From positions 337,844 through 401,843 of the forward strand of contig CAVWYY010000004.1 in NCBI GenBank assembly GCA_963759375.1: 64,000 nucleotides of DNA, in the 5' to 3' direction. This stretch comes from an uncultured Solirubrobacteraceae bacterium (GTDB lineage Bacteria; Actinomycetota; Thermoleophilia; Solirubrobacterales; Solirubrobacteraceae). Positions 51,049 to 58,778 of the stretch are shown here, piece by piece. The position numbers were made by a program, and so were the translations under genes. Under the pieces are notes generated by a model. It worked only from the letters and a program-made list of their open reading frames with translations. It did no database searches and was not told the DNA's origin. How positions within the stretch are numbered: the stretch's first letter is position 1; every line of letters starts with the position of its first letter.

Positions 51049-51507
51049 ATGGACTTCAGCCGGCTCGGAAGGGGGGAGCTCGTCGCGGCGGTGGGCGGAC
51101 TCCTGCTCGGCGTCTGCCTGTTCCTTCCCTGGTACGAGACCGCGTCCGACAACCCGAACGCGATGATCGACGGGCAGCGCGGCGCGCTGAGCGGCTGGGA
51201 GGTGCACCCGATCATGCGCTGGCTGCTGCTGCTCGCCGCGATCGCGCCGTTCATCCTCATCTGGATCGTGATCCGCGACCACGAGCTGTCGTGGGCGCGC
51301 GGCGAGCTGACCGCCGTGGCTGCGATCGCCGCCTTCGGACTCGTCGCCTACACCGGGTTCCTCGACCGCCCCGGCTCGCCCAGCGGCGAGATCTCCCTGC
51401 AGCCCGGGTTCTACGGTGCACTGCTCGGAACGATCCTGATGATCGTCGGCGGCGCGATGGCCGCCGGCCAGACCGAACGACGGCGCAAGCCCCCGGGGGT
51501 GTTCTAG
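51049..51507 (+). CDS. membrane protein, hypothetical
   Basis: Four hydrophobic helices and high GC3. TATAGG lies 10 nt upstream of the ATG. Confidence 0.6.
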   Translation: MDFSRLGRGELVAAVGGLLLGVCLFLPWYETASDNPNAMIDGQRGALSGWEVHPIMRWLLLLAAIAPFILIWIVIRDHELSWARGELTAVAAIAAFGLVAYTGFLDRPGSPSGEISLQPGFYGALLGTILMIVGGAMAAGQTERRRKPPGVF

Positions 51508-51592
51508 TGTCCCGATTCAGAACCCGATGGCACTCGGCGGCGCCGGCATCCGCCGCTAGTGCCACCGGTCTTCCGAATCGAGACACTCACGA

Positions 51593-52579
51593 ATGACCGT
51601 TCCAGTCGACCGAAATCTCGCGCTCGAGCTCGTGCGCGTGACCGAGGCCGCGGCACTGGCGGCGGCGCAGCTCCTGGGCATGGGCGACAAGGAGGCCGCC
51701 GATCAGGCGGCGGTCGACGGCATGCACGCCGTGCTCCACACCGTGCAGATGGACGGCGTGGTGGTGATCGGCGAGGGGGAGAAGGACGAGGCCCCGATGC
51801 TCCACAACGGCGAGCGCGTCGGCAACGGCTCGCCGCCGGAGGTCGACATCGCGGTCGACCCGCTCGAGGGCACGCGGCTCGCCGCCCAGGGGCGCCCGAA
51901 CGCGCTGGCCGTGATCGCGCTGTCCGAGCGCGGCACGATGTTCGACCCCGGCCCGTGCGTGTACATGGAGAAGATGGCGGGGTCGGAGCAGATCGCCGAC
52001 CTGCTCGATCTCGACCGCCCGATCGGCGAGACGCTCGGCCTGATCGCCGAGCGCAAGGAGACCGACATGCGCGACGTGATGGTCGTCGTGCTCGACCGGC
52101 CGCGTCACGAGGAGGGCATCAAGCAGATCCGCGCGGCGGGCGCGCGCGTGCGGCTGATCACCGACGGCGACGTGTCCGGCGCGCTGCTCGCCGTCTCACC
52201 CGACCGGCCCGTCGACCTGCTGTGGGGCGTCGGCGGCACGCCCGAGGGCGTGATCTCGGCGGCGGCGCTCAAGTGCTTCGGCGGCGGGCTCATCGGCCGG
52301 CTCGCCCCGCGCGACGACGCCGAGCGCCAGGCCGCGGTCGACGCGGGCTACGACGTCGATCGCGTGCTCACGCAGGACGAGCTCGTGAAGGGCAACAACT
52401 GCTTCTTCTCGGCGACCGGCGTGACCGACGGGGACGTGCTCCAGGGCGTGCGCTACGAGGGGTCGCGCGGCGCGTCGACCGAGTCGCTGGTCATGCGCAG
52501 CCGCTCAGGCACGGTGCGGCGCATCCAGTCGCGCCACGATCGCGCCAAGCTGCGCCAGCTCACCGGTCGCTACGGATGA
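51593..52579 (+). CDS. glpX: class II fructose-1,6-bisphosphatase
   Basis: Motifs GEGEKDEAPML, DIAVDPLEGT, GGTPEGVISAAALKC. Confidence 0.9.
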   Translation: MTVPVDRNLALELVRVTEAAALAAAQLLGMGDKEAADQAAVDGMHAVLHTVQMDGVVVIGEGEKDEAPMLHNGERVGNGSPPEVDIAVDPLEGTRLAAQGRPNALAVIALSERGTMFDPGPCVYMEKMAGSEQIADLLDLDRPIGETLGLIAERKETDMRDVMVVVLDRPRHEEGIKQIRAAGARVRLITDGDVSGALLAVSPDRPVDLLWGVGGTPEGVISAAALKCFGGGLIGRLAPRDDAERQAAVDAGYDVDRVLTQDELVKGNNCFFSATGVTDGDVLQGVRYEGSRGASTESLVMRSRSGTVRRIQSRHDRAKLRQLTGRYG

Positions 52580-53270
52580 ACCAGACCGCCGCGGCCACAG
52601 CAGCGGCGAACGCGGCGAACAGCGAGATCACGACCGCCCACGGCGTGTCACCGACATTGACCGACTGCTGCGGCCTGCCGCCCGGCTCGAAGCGGCCGAC
52701 GGCCGACATCTCGAGGTCGCGCCGCGCCAGCGAGCGCAGGAACCCGTGCGTGACGAGGACGTGGATGCGCGACTGCGTGACCTTGTAGAACCAGCGCGCG
52801 ATCCACGTCGCGATCCGCGGGTAGAAGTTCGAGACCTCGACCTCCACGTGCGCCCGCGCGTAGCCGGGCTTCTCCGCGTCGGTCCGCCGAACATCGATCT
52901 CGAGGTACCCCTCGTCGCGCTTGTCGACGAGCACGCCGTCGCGGATGCGCCACCGCACGATCCCGCGGCCGTCGGTGATCTCGTAGTCCGGCGCGTGGAA
53001 GCGCAGCAGCACGAACGGCCGGCGGAGCAGGACCACGCGGCGCTCCTCCTCGGTGTACTCGATCCGGATCAGGCCGAGCGAGACGCGCGAGAGGTACTTC
53101 CAGTACGTGCGCGCGAGGCGCTCGAGGTAGAGCGGGGTCCAGATCTCCTCGAGCTCGCCCTCGGGCATCGTCACGTCGGCGGCCTGGATCGAGCGGACCG
53201 CACCGCCGGAGTCCATGACGGTGTTGTCGTCCACATCGCTGATGACCGCGTCGGGAGCCGGGCGGCGCAT
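52560..53270 (-). CDS. conserved hypothetical protein with C-terminal TM anchor
   Basis: High GC3 with balanced composition. C-terminal WAVVISLFAAFAAAVAAAVWF. Confidence 0.6.
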   Translation of the reverse strand: MRRPAPDAVISDVDDNTVMDSGGAVRSIQAADVTMPEGELEEIWTPLYLERLARTYWKYLSRVSLGLIRIEYTEEERRVVLLRRPFVLLRFHAPDYEITDGRGIVRWRIRDGVLVDKRDEGYLEIDVRRTDAEKPGYARAHVEVEVSNFYPRIATWIARWFYKVTQSRIHVLVTHGFLRSLARRDLEMSAVGRFEPGGRPQQSVNVGDTPWAVVISLFAAFAAAVAAAVWFIRSDR

Positions 53271-53290
53271 GCTGGCTGGAGACGGTACCG

Positions 53291-54016
53291 CTACTGGGCG
53301 GGTGCGTCAGTGCGCAGGCGCACGGCGCCGAGGCGATCCGTGTGCGCGAAGCCGAGGGCCTTGGCGGTCGCCGACGTCAGGTCGAACGCCCGGCCCTTCG
53401 TGAACGGCCCGCGGTCGACCACCGGGACCGTGATGCGGTGGCCCTTGTAGAGCAGCGCCACCTTGCTGCCGCACGGCAGCGTCTTGTGCGCCACGCCCAT
53501 CAGCGTGCGGCTCATCTTCACGCCACAGGCCGTCTTGCGGCCGTAGAACCCGGGGCCGTACCACGTCGCCTCGACCGGGCGGTGGACCGTGATGTCCAGC
53601 TCGGGCGAAGCGCTGGCGGAGGAGGCCGGCGAGGTCGACTGGAGGACGGCGCGGATGCGGTGCTGGCCGACGCGCTGGGCGCGCCAGCGCGCCATGTACG
53701 TGCCGTCGGCGTTCACGATGGCGCTCGCCACGGCGGTCCACACCTGCGTCGCGGCGTCGAAGCGCTCGACGCTGACGGTGCGGCCGGCGGCCGAGGCCGG
53801 GACCGTGCCGCGGAAGCGCGCCACCTTCTTCTTCATCGTGCCCGCGCGGGCCGAGATGGTGCCCTGCGGGCCGCTGGCGGTGATCACGCCCTCGGTCGCG
53901 GGCGGGGGAGGCGCCTGGACGCCGCCGCTCGGCGGGTCGCCGGCGGCGATCGCCGGCACCGCGAGAGCGGTCGTAAGGGCGCAGAGCGCCGCAGTTCTTC
54001 CCAAGGGCCTCGTCAT
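53291..54016 (-). CDS. RlpA-like (double-psi beta-barrel) lytic transglycosylase-family secreted protein
   Basis: Signal peptide. C-terminal ATWYGPGFYGRKTACG...LPCGSKVALLYKGHRITVPVVDRGPF...FDLTSATAKALG DPBB signature. Confidence 0.8.
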   Translation of the reverse strand: MTRPLGRTAALCALTTALAVPAIAAGDPPSGGVQAPPPPATEGVITASGPQGTISARAGTMKKKVARFRGTVPASAAGRTVSVERFDAATQVWTAVASAIVNADGTYMARWRAQRVGQHRIRAVLQSTSPASSASASPELDITVHRPVEATWYGPGFYGRKTACGVKMSRTLMGVAHKTLPCGSKVALLYKGHRITVPVVDRGPFTKGRAFDLTSATAKALGFAHTDRLGAVRLRTDAPAQ

Positions 54017-54028
54017 GTCTCTCTCGAT

Positions 54029-54168
54029 GGCCTACGAGGTGAGCTGACGGGCTCGCGCAGAGAAAGCAGCGCTACGACGTGGATGACCCCGGTCGATTCG
54101 CCCCCGCGGCTTCGTGCCGCTTTGGTTCCCCCGTTCGCCGCGTTGAGTAACGCGGCAATTCGGCGGCG
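54029..54168 (-). promoter_or_regulatory. cyclic-di-AMP riboswitch (ydaO/yuaA class), second copy
   Basis: The minus strand reads GAACGGGGGAACCAAA...CGCGGGGGCGAAUCG...GCGCGAGCCCGUCAGCUCACCUCGUAGGCC and ends 12 nt before the RlpA-like ATG. The blocks align with the 18953-19114 copy. Confidence 0.8.
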
Positions 54169-54203
54169 GGGAACCTAGCAGATGGACAGCGCTTGCCGCG
54201 CCC

Positions 54204-54587
54204 CTACGGACGGGGGATGCGGCCGGCCGCGCGCTTGATGATCTGGCCGCCCACCGTGAGGCCGATCTGGGCCAGCTCGCCGGCCGCCTGGACGGCCGTC
54301 GTGACGATCTCGGCGGGGCCGCCGTCGCGGCGTCCGTCGCCCTCGCCGGGCACCTGCCAGCCGGCCGGCGGGGCCGACGGGACGGCGGGCTTCGGCCTCG
54401 CCTTGGGCTTTGCCGCCTTCGGCTTCGAGGCCTTCGGCTTCGCGGCGGTCGCGGTCGGCTCCTGCGTGCGCGTCGCACCGGCGCGACGGTCGCCCCCCAG
54501 GCGGGTCGGCCGCGTGGACGGCAGGGTGCCGAGCACGCCGGTGTCAGCGGACTTCTTCGGCTTCTTCTTGGCGGACTTTTGGGCCAT
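54204..54587 (-). CDS. Lys/Ala/Pro-rich basic protein (histone-H1-like low-complexity N-half), hypothetical
   Basis: ATG at 54587. MAQKSAKKKPKKS...AAKPKASKPKAAKPKARPKP followed by a short structured C-terminal segment. Confidence 0.5.
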   Translation of the reverse strand: MAQKSAKKKPKKSADTGVLGTLPSTRPTRLGGDRRAGATRTQEPTATAAKPKASKPKAAKPKARPKPAVPSAPPAGWQVPGEGDGRRDGGPAEIVTTAVQAAGELAQIGLTVGGQIIKRAAGRIPRP

Positions 54588-54657
54588 GAGTTGAACGTTT
54601 TGCCCGCGCTCGCATTTCCACGGGCTAAAGTCATTGTCAACGCGCGGCTCGTCCGCG

Positions 54658-54686
54658 TTGACTTCAAAAAATATAGCGCCTAGACT
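54658..54686 (+). promoter_or_regulatory. sigma-70-type promoter candidate for rpoD
   Basis: TTGACT (54658-54663), an exact 17-nt AT-rich spacer, then TAGACT (54681-54686). Lies about 115 nt upstream of the rpoD ATG. Confidence 0.5.
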
Positions 54687-54800
54687 CACCCACCTTAGGG
54701 TCGTGCTTTCCAGCTTTGCTCCGGGTCAAGGGAGCTCCGACCCAGCGGTGTACCTCAGAACCCTGTCGCCCCCAGCAGGCGTCCCGAGAACAGGACATCG

Positions 54801-55898
54801 ATGTCAGTAGTGGACCTCCAAGAACTCGAAGAAGTCAAGGGCCTGCTCCTGAAGGGGCAGCAGGTCGGCGTCCTCACCTTCGCTGAGATCGCCACGGCCG
54901 TCGCCGAGATCGATCTCGACGAGGCCGACGTCGAGGAGCTGCACGGCTACCTCGAGAAGTCGGAGATCGAGCTGGTCGAGGAAGTCGACCCTGCGCTCGC
55001 GGCGGCCCAGGTGGAGCGCGCGCCCGACAAGCGCGGCCGGCGGAAGAAGGCCACGCTCGACCTCAAGCCGGACATGACGACCGACAGCCTTCAGCTGTTC
55101 CTGAAGGACATCGGCAAGGTCCGGCTGCTCACGGCCCAGGAGGAGGTCGACCTCGCGCGCCGGATCGAGCGCGGCGACCTCGACGCCAAGCAGAAGATGG
55201 TCGAGTCGAACCTGCGGCTCGTCGTCTCGATCGCCAAGAACTACCGCAACCAGGGCCTGCCGTTCCTGGACCTGATCCAGGAGGGGACGCTGGGCCTCGT
55301 GCGCGCGGCCGAGAAGTTCGACTACCGCAAGGGCTTCAAGTTCTCCACGTACGCGACCTGGTGGATCCGCCAGGCGATCGCCCGCGCGCTGGCCGACAAG
55401 GCGCGCACGATCCGCATCCCGGTCCACGTCGTCGAGAAGCTGAACAAGATCGGCCGTGCCGAGCGCAAGCTCGTCACCGAGCTGGGCCGCGAGCCCACCG
55501 CGGAGGAGATCGCCCACCACACGGGCATCGAGCCCGAGGAGGTCGAGTCGATCAAGCGCTCCGCCCAGGCCCCGGTCTCGCTGGAGAAGCCGGTCGGCGA
55601 CGAGGAGGAGTCCGAGTTCGGCCAGTTCATCGCCGACGAGCGCGCCGAGAGCCCGTACGAGCGGGCGGCGGAGATCCTCACCAAGGAGGCGCTCCGCGAG
55701 GCGCTGGAGAACCTCTCCTACCGCGAGCGCCGCGTGCTCGAGCTCCGATACGGGCTCGGCGGCGAGCACCCGCGGACCCTCGACGAGGTGGGCCGCACGT
55801 TCAACGTGACGCGCGAGCGCATCCGCCAAATCGAGAACCAGTCGCTGAAGAAGCTGCAGAGCCTCGCCGAGGCTCAGAAGCTCCGCGACGTCGCCTAG
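54801..55898 (+). CDS. rpoD: principal (group 1/2) RNA polymerase sigma-70 factor
   Basis: Region 2 [36 protein letters not shown], region 3, and region 4 [26 protein letters not shown]. Confidence 0.95.
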   Translation: MSVVDLQELEEVKGLLLKGQQVGVLTFAEIATAVAEIDLDEADVEELHGYLEKSEIELVEEVDPALAAAQVERAPDKRGRRKKATLDLKPDMTTDSLQLFLKDIGKVRLLTAQEEVDLARRIERGDLDAKQKMVESNLRLVVSIAKNYRNQGLPFLDLIQEGTLGLVRAAEKFDYRKGFKFSTYATWWIRQAIARALADKARTIRIPVHVVEKLNKIGRAERKLVTELGREPTAEEIAHHTGIEPEEVESIKRSAQAPVSLEKPVGDEEESEFGQFIADERAESPYERAAEILTKEALREALENLSYRERRVLELRYGLGGEHPRTLDEVGRTFNVTRERIRQIENQSLKKLQSLAEAQKLRDVA

Positions 55899-55915
55899 GT
55901 AACTCCGGCTTTCTC

Positions 55916-55937
55916 GCCGGCCGCGTGCGCGGCCGGC
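55916..55937 (+). terminator. GC hairpin downstream of rpoD (terminator candidate without U-tract)
   Basis: GCCGGCCGCG-TG-CGCGGCCGGC, a 10-bp perfect stem 18 nt after the rpoD stop. An alternative outer pairing is CTTTCTCGCCG with CGGCGAGAAAA. Confidence 0.35.
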
Positions 55938-56025
55938 GGCGCTGGACGGCCCGAGCCCGGCGGCGGCGAGAAAACGGGGCACCATCCTCAAGGGCGGTGC
56001 GGACCGAGCCGATGATGATCGGGAT

Positions 56026-57993
56026 ATGGCTTTCGATCTCGATCACGCGCTGCGCTATCTCATCGCGGCTGAGGGCAGCGACCTCCATCTGAAGGTCCCC
56101 TCGTATCCGCTCATCCGGCTGCACGGCCACCTCGAGCCCATCCCGGACACCGAGCGGCTCTACCCCGAGGACACCGAGCGTGCCCTGGCGGAGATGCTCA
56201 ACGACAACGACAAGGTCGCGGAGTTCGAGTCCGAGAACGAGGTCGACTTCTCGTACGCGGTCGAGGGCCTGGGCCGCTTCCGCGTCAACGCCTTCCGCCA
56301 GCGCGGCTCGGTGTCGATCGTCATGCGCGCCATCCCGGTCGTGATCAAGTCGGTCGACGAGCTCGGGCTGCCCGAGGTCGTCACGCACCTCGCCGAGGAG
56401 GAGCGCGGGATCCTGCTGCTCACCGGCACCACCGGCTCCGGCAAGTCGACGACGCTCGCCGCGATGCTCGATCACATGAACCGGTCGATGCACAAGCACA
56501 TCGTCACGATCGAGGACCCGATCGAGTTCCTGCATCGCGACCGCAACTCGATCATCAACCAGCGTGAGGTCGGCGCCGACACCGCGTCGTTCAAGCGCGC
56601 GCTGCGCCGCGTCCTGCGCCAGGACCCGGACACGATCCTCATCGGCGAGATGCGCGACGAGGAGACGGTCCACACCGCGCTGAGCGCGGCCGAGACCGGC
56701 CACCTCGTGCTCTCGACGCTCCACACGGTCGACGCCTCCGAGACGATCAACCGCATCATCGACTTCTTCCCGCCGCATCAGCAGCAGCAGGCGCGGGCGA
56801 TGATCGCCGGCACGCTGAAGGGCATCGTGTCCCAGCGCCTCGTGCCGACCGCCGACGGCCAGGGCCGCGTGGCGTGCTGCGAGATCCTCGTGATGACCGG
56901 CCGCGTCCACGACATGATCCTGGACCCGAAGCTCACCGGCCAGCTGCCGGAGGTCATCGCCGAGGGCTCGTACTACGGCATGCAGACCTTCGACCAGCAC
57001 CTGCTGCAGCACCTGCACGCCGGCCGGGTGACGATGGACGACGCGATGCGCGTGGCGACCTCGCCGCACGACTTCAAGCTGATGGTCGCCGCCTCCGCGA
57101 AGCCCGCCGAGGGGCCCGAGGCGTCGATCCCGCCGGTGCCGACGCACGACTCCCCCGAGGAGTCCTCGCCGGCCCCGATGACCGTCGGCCTGTCCGACGG
57201 CCAGGGCTCCGCGCCCCGCGCCGCCTCCGGCGCCGTCCGCCCCGCCGGCGCCCTCCGCGCCGCCCCCGGGCGTCACGTTCTAGATACGCTGCGGCGCGCC
57301 CGGCTTCCGGGCGCGCCCATGCGCGACGACTTCGGACAGTTCGACGAGACGCAGTCGCAGGACGCCTTCGCCCTGCAGAACTCCAAGCTGCTCAAGGTGC
57401 GGCTCGACGAGGTCACCATCCAGGCCAAGCTGGGGTCGATGGTCGCCTACCAGGGCGACGTGAAGTTCGAGCACTCCGGTTCGGGCGGCCTCGGGCGGAT
57501 GCTCAAGAAGGCGGTCAGCGGCGAGGGCACGCAGTTGATGAAGGTCACCGGTAGCGGCGAGGTGTTCCTGGCCGACCAGGCGCAGGAGGTCCACATCCTC
57601 TACCTGGAGAACGACCTCATCACGGTCAACGGGCGCAACCTGCTCGCGTTCGACAGCGGGATCGACTGGGACATCAAGCGGGTCGAGGGCGCCAGCGGGA
57701 TGATGGGCGGGGGATTGTTCAACATGGCGCTGCACGGCACCGGCTATGTGGCGTTCCTCTCGGACGGGCCGCCGGTGCGGCTCGACGTCGGCGCGGCGCC
57801 CACGTTCGCCGACGCCCAGGCGGCGATCACCTGGTCGTCCGGCGTGCAGACCGGCATCCGGACCGACTTCAAGATGAAGAACCTGATCGGCCGTGCCTCC
57901 GGCGAGACGCTGCAGATGGCGTTCACCGGCAGCGGCTGGGTGCTCGTGCAGCCCTCCGAGGGCCGCGTGATCTTCACGCAGCAGAGCGGCTGA
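56026..57993 (+). CDS. pilT: PilT-type twitching-motility ATPase continuous with a C-terminal AIM24-family (DUF124) domain
   Basis: Residues 1-370 are PilT (GTTGSGKST, TIEDPIEF, ILIGEMRD, GHLVLSTLHT). Then an ~80-aa Pro/Ala/Ser linker. An AIM24-like domain runs from the internal ATG at 57319 (MRDDFGQF...LGSMVAYQGDVKFEH...GWVLVQPSEG). There is no in-frame stop between them. Confidence 0.7.
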   Translation: MAFDLDHALRYLIAAEGSDLHLKVPSYPLIRLHGHLEPIPDTERLYPEDTERALAEMLNDNDKVAEFESENEVDFSYAVEGLGRFRVNAFRQRGSVSIVMRAIPVVIKSVDELGLPEVVTHLAEEERGILLLTGTTGSGKSTTLAAMLDHMNRSMHKHIVTIEDPIEFLHRDRNSIINQREVGADTASFKRALRRVLRQDPDTILIGEMRDEETVHTALSAAETGHLVLSTLHTVDASETINRIIDFFPPHQQQQARAMIAGTLKGIVSQRLVPTADGQGRVACCEILVMTGRVHDMILDPKLTGQLPEVIAEGSYYGMQTFDQHLLQHLHAGRVTMDDAMRVATSPHDFKLMVAASAKPAEGPEASIPPVPTHDSPEESSPAPMTVGLSDGQGSAPRAASGAVRPAGALRAAPGRHVLDTLRRARLPGAPMRDDFGQFDETQSQDAFALQNSKLLKVRLDEVTIQAKLGSMVAYQGDVKFEHSGSGGLGRMLKKAVSGEGTQLMKVTGSGEVFLADQAQEVHILYLENDLITVNGRNLLAFDSGIDWDIKRVEGASGMMGGGLFNMALHGTGYVAFLSDGPPVRLDVGAAPTFADAQAAITWSSGVQTGIRTDFKMKNLIGRASGETLQMAFTGSGWVLVQPSEGRVIFTQQSG

Positions 57994-58009
57994 GCGCGTC
58001 GGCGGATCT

Positions 58010-58282
58010 GGCGAACGTCAACTGCGGCTGGGTAGGGGAGCGGGGACGCCCGCGTCGAGGCAGTATTTCGTCGCGCTCGTTGCGCCGGCGTCGGGTCGTG
58101 CGACGAAATGCTGGCTATACGTGCTTAACGTCGCACGGACCGACGGCCACGCGATGCGTGCGACGAAATGCTCCCTATAGGTGCGGAACGTCGCACGAAT
58201 CGGCGGCGGCGCGACCGGTGCGACGAAATGCACACAAGCCTGGGCGCCCCGACTCCCTACCCAGCCGCAGTTGACGTTCGCC
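58010..58282. repeat. inverted-repeat-bounded intergenic element, copy 2 (273 bp)
   Basis: Termini GGCGAACGTCAACTGCGGCTGGGTAGGGGAG and CTCCCTACCCAGCCGCAGTTGACGTTCGCC. Complementarity extends to about 40 bp. Lies between convergent genes. Confidence 0.75.
58098..58231. repeat. 60-bp-period tandem array (2 full units + 1 partial) of GTGCGACGAAATGC...CGTCGCAC hairpin modules
   Basis: The identical 14-mer GTGCGACGAAATGC occurs at 58098, 58158 and 58218. Inverted 8-mers CGTCGC(A/G)C occur at 58070, 58129 and 58189. Confidence 0.75.
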
Positions 58283-58287
58283 GGCGG

Positions 58288-58716
58288 CTAGACATGAACT
58301 AGGTCGTCGTCGGCGGGATCGTCGACGACCTGCTCGCAGCTCGGGCACCACCAGCGGGCCTCGAGCGCGGTGCCGCAGGCCTCGTGCCGGTACGGCTCGC
58401 CGCCGCCGGTGCGGGCGCCCCAGTCGGCCAGCAGCCGCAGCGCGCCGGCCAGCTCGCGGCCCGACTCAGAGAGCTCGTAGACGAACCGTGGCGGGCGGTC
58501 GGTGTAGGCCTGGGCGACGACCAGCGCCTGCTCGGTCAGGGACTTCAGGCGCGCGCTGAGCACGTTCGGCGCGATGCCCTCGAGCTGCGCCTGCAGCTCG
58601 TTGAAGCGCAGCGGCCCGTCGAGCAGCGCGGCGACGGTGAGCAGCGTCCAGCGATCGCCGACCCGGGCGAGGGCGTCGGCGAGCGGTGTCGCGGCGGGCG
58701 TGCGGCGGCGTGCCAT
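58288..58716 (-). CDS. HxlR-family transcriptional regulator with C-terminal Cys pairs (zinc-ribbon-like tail)
   Basis: ATG at 58716. GDRWTLLTVAALLDGPLRFNELQAQLEGIAPNVLSARLKSL HxlR signature. Tail HEACG...WWCPSC. Confidence 0.75.
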   Translation of the reverse strand: MARRRTPAATPLADALARVGDRWTLLTVAALLDGPLRFNELQAQLEGIAPNVLSARLKSLTEQALVVAQAYTDRPPRFVYELSESGRELAGALRLLADWGARTGGGEPYRHEACGTALEARWWCPSCEQVVDDPADDDLVHV

Positions 58717-58740
58717 GCCCCCGGAGGGTAGACCTGTATA

Positions 58741-58763
58741 GTGACTTGCAAGTTGCAAGTGAC
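58741..58763. promoter_or_regulatory. near-palindromic operator candidate between divergent HxlR and protease genes
   Basis: GTGACTTGCAA-G-TTGCAAGTGAC has 8-bp perfect arms ACTTGCAA/TTGCAAGT. It directly abuts a TATAGT -10-like hexamer at 58736-58741. Confidence 0.45.
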
Positions 58764-58778
58764 TAGGAGCAGGGTGAG

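Noticed and set aside
54640-54662. GTCAACGCG-N9-CGCGTTGAC hairpin upstream of rpoD as a terminator
   Set aside because: On the plus strand it is followed by an A-run, not a T-run. On the minus strand the T-run precedes the stem. Its 3' arm supplies the TTGACT -35 box, so it is more likely part of the promoter/operator region.
58098-58231. Possible mini CRISPR array (regularly spaced repeats)
   Set aside because: There are only three units with a 60-bp period. The repeat part is imperfect outside a 14-mer, the variable parts are only about 22 nt, the units are hairpin modules in alternating orientation, and no cas genes or leader are in the window.
58018-58274. ORFs inside the repeat element (58018..58233 -, 58080..58274 +; also 43488..43727 + in copy 1) as protein-coding genes
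   Set aside because: Their repeated peptide motifs (HFVA, VRRNA) simply mirror the DNA tandem repeat. There is no start context, low GC3, and they span the inverted-repeat termini.
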